Shown: positions 62,099 through 64,000 of the stretch, one piece after another
Position numbering within the stretch: the first letter of the stretch is position 1
Layout of the letters: the number at the start of each line of letters is the position of its first letter
Source of the DNA: Candidatus Saccharimonadia bacterium
GTDB taxonomy: Bacteria > Patescibacteriota > Saccharimonadia > CAILAD01 > CAZGYV01
Assembly (NCBI GenBank): GCA_041906885.1
Contig: JAYRII010000014.1
Coordinates: 10,059-74,058 of the forward strand
Direction: 5' to 3'
Length of the DNA stretch: 64,000 nt
Translations under genes and position numbers: made by a program
The notes under the pieces: model-generated
Database searches by the model: none
Told to the model about the DNA's origin: nothing
Seen by the model: the letters and a program-made list of their open reading frames with translations, nothing else

Positions 62099-63161
62099 AG
62101 CCAGATCCGGTTAAATCAATTAGCTGATAATCATACTTTAGGGAGGGATCAATGTCGGTCGTGGTGATAATTGTCTGTTGAGCCGCAACATTACCAACTA
62201 AATATTTGCGCCTGTCAGCGTCTAACTCACTAAAAACATCGTCTAGTAATAGCAACGGTCGTTTTTTTAAGTTTCGTTCGATATAGTCCATCTCAGACAG
62301 CTTAAGCGCTAACATAATCGTCCTCAACTCACCCCTTGACGCAACTTTGTCCAAACTGTGGTCTTTGAAATAAGCCACAAAATCATCACGGTGGGGCCCG
62401 AGCGTGGTAAAGCCTGCCTGAATATCTTTTTTGTAATTATCTTTTATTATCTTAAGATATTGATCTCGATTAGTCGTGACACTTGGTAGATATTTAAGCT
62501 CTATCTTATCATCTCTGCCGGAGATCTTATGATAATAACTCGACAATAGCGGGCCGATACATTTTAGCAAGTCCTTTCTCATTTCAATAATTATCCCCAT
62601 CGGGTTGACTAGCTGTAAATCCCAAACAAATAATTGATCATCAAGCCCTCTTAACCTAGAACTAACCTTTGCCTGGTGAATCAGACTATTTCTCTGCTTA
62701 ATAATTTTACGGTAAGTGCTCAACGCCTGCCTGTAGTCGATACTAATTTGTGACAATATAACATCCAAGTATTTCCTTCTCGCATCCGGTGGTCCAATTA
62801 GTAGATTCATATCATTCGGCTCAAAAATAGTTATTGGGTTTAGGCCAGACAGAGAGTTGAGCGGCTTTTTAGAGCCACCAATAATAGCACTTTTTTTATG
62901 GTTGACGCCTCCATCCTCGAACCGAATCTCTTGGCTGTTTCCATCAAAATCAGCCACCACACGATAAAAAGTCTCGCCATAATGAATCAGATCAAAATCC
63001 TTAGCCCGGAATGAGTGAGATGTGGCAGCAACATAAATCGATTCGATTAGATTTGTCTTACCAACTGCATTCGGCCCTAATATAACCACCAGCGGCTGTT
63101 CGATTAAAAGCTCAATCGTACGGTACGAACGAAAATTAGTTAGATTGAGCTGCCTAATCAT
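62088..63161 (-). CDS. recF: DNA replication/repair protein RecF
   Basis: NFRSY, GPNAVGKTN, GPHRDD, SRGE, LLLDDVFSELD. Confidence 0.97.
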   Translation of the reverse strand: MIRQLNLTNFRSYRTIELLIEQPLVVILGPNAVGKTNLIESIYVAATSHSFRAKDFDLIHYGETFYRVVADFDGNSQEIRFEDGGVNHKKSAIIGGSKKPLNSLSGLNPITIFEPNDMNLLIGPPDARRKYLDVILSQISIDYRQALSTYRKIIKQRNSLIHQAKVSSRLRGLDDQLFVWDLQLVNPMGIIIEMRKDLLKCIGPLLSSYYHKISGRDDKIELKYLPSVTTNRDQYLKIIKDNYKKDIQAGFTTLGPHRDDFVAYFKDHSLDKVASRGELRTIMLALKLSEMDYIERNLKKRPLLLLDDVFSELDADRRKYLVGNVAAQQTIITTTDIDPSLKYDYQLIDLTGSGYVA

Positions 63162-63191
63162 ACTAATTAATTATACCTATAAATATAATTA

Positions 63192-64000
63192 TTAACTCCT
63201 TAGCGGCATGATTATGTGGATATAGTTGGCCTTGTTATTTTTCTCAACAGGGCGAATAACACACGGGTCAAGCTTATCATTCACACCAATCTCGATCATA
63301 TCAACTTTTAGAACCGACAAAACATCAATTAGATAACGAGCATTAATTGATATCTCAGCAGGCTCACCGGTCAGCTTGACATCCATACTTGATTTATTTT
63401 CACCCACCGAAGATGCACTACTGGCAATTGAGATGCTATTATCTTTAAATTCCAACTTAATCGTATTGGCGTTCTCACGAGCAAAAATACTAGCCACCTT
63501 AACAATATTTAGTAGCTCAGCTCGATCTGCTACCACTTTAGTCTTAGTATTGGTTGGAATTATTTGCTTGTAATCAGGGAATTTACCGTCCACCAACCTA
63601 GAAACCATACTAATATCATTAATTTCAAAAATTGCCTCGGTTTTGCTAAATTTAATCTCAATATCATCCTCCGACTCGGTTGCTATACGAATTAGCTCAC
63701 TCACAGTTCGGGCTGGCACAATCATCGTGGCGTCTTTAACGTCTTTTAGGTCAGTTACAACTTCAGCTAGACGATAGCTATCAGTTGCAACGAGCGTAAG
63801 CTGATTGTCCTTGATAATAAATATCACACCAGCTAGTACTGGCCTTGACTCATCTGGCGAAGAAGCAAATACAACCTTCGTCAACCCATCTACTAAAATA
63901 TTTGATTTTAGACGTATAGATGATTCGGCTTTAACTTGAGGAATAGTAGGGAATTCGTCAACTGAAATACCATTGATCTGCGAATTAAAGTGAGTAGATT
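63192..64000 (-). CDS. dnaN: DNA polymerase III beta clamp (5' end outside the window)
   Basis: SRPVLAG, ATDSYRL, FPDYKQIIP, IMPLR; frame stays open to the window edge. Confidence 0.97.
   Translation of the reverse strand, partial: STHFNSQINGISVDEFPTIPQVKAESSIRLKSNILVDGLTKVVFASSPDESRPVLAGVIFIIKDNQLTLVATDSYRLAEVVTDLKDVKDATMIVPARTVSELIRIATESEDDIEIKFSKTEAIFEINDISMVSRLVDGKFPDYKQIIPTNTKTKVVADRAELLNIVKVASIFARENANTIKLEFKDNSISIASSASSVGENKSSMDVKLTGEPAEISINARYLIDVLSVLKVDMIEIGVNDKLDPCVIRPVEKNNKANYIHIIMPLRS

Overview
64 kb of a small-genome bacterium using genetic code 11. Gene content points to Patescibacteria/CPR, plausibly Saccharimonadia-like (inference). The window ends next to the probable replication origin region (dnaN-recF-dciA). 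Housekeeping genes include groES/groEL with a CIRCE operator, valS, tsaD, dus, pgi/pmi, a phosphomannomutase, two FemABX-type transferases, an LCP protein, comF and hsp20. There is a MazE/MazF pair, decayed genes (msrB, a frameshifted trhO, a methyltransferase/Cdd1 chimera), five tRNAs (four Ser isoacceptors plus Arg-GCG) and the CPR-type T4SS/conjugation-like locus (five pilin genes, VirB6-like, PrgI, VirB4, multi-domain peptidoglycan hydrolases). The most unusual signal is non-coding and consists of four families of structured repeats. (1) Every tRNA is followed by 160-240 nt trailer units that end in a copy of a tRNA 3' end, show compensatory base changes and appear to have moved between tRNA loci. 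(2) Every tRNA is preceded by a shared structured leader family. (3) A ~120 nt palindromic element resembling Rickettsia RPE-1 occurs five times, twice translated in-frame inside TsaD. (4) GTCATCCTGAG-type REP palindromes occur at five loci, two of them nested inside the tRNA trailers. No CRISPR array, rRNA, intact integrase or transposase was seen. All calls are by eye from the sequence and ORF track; no searches were run.
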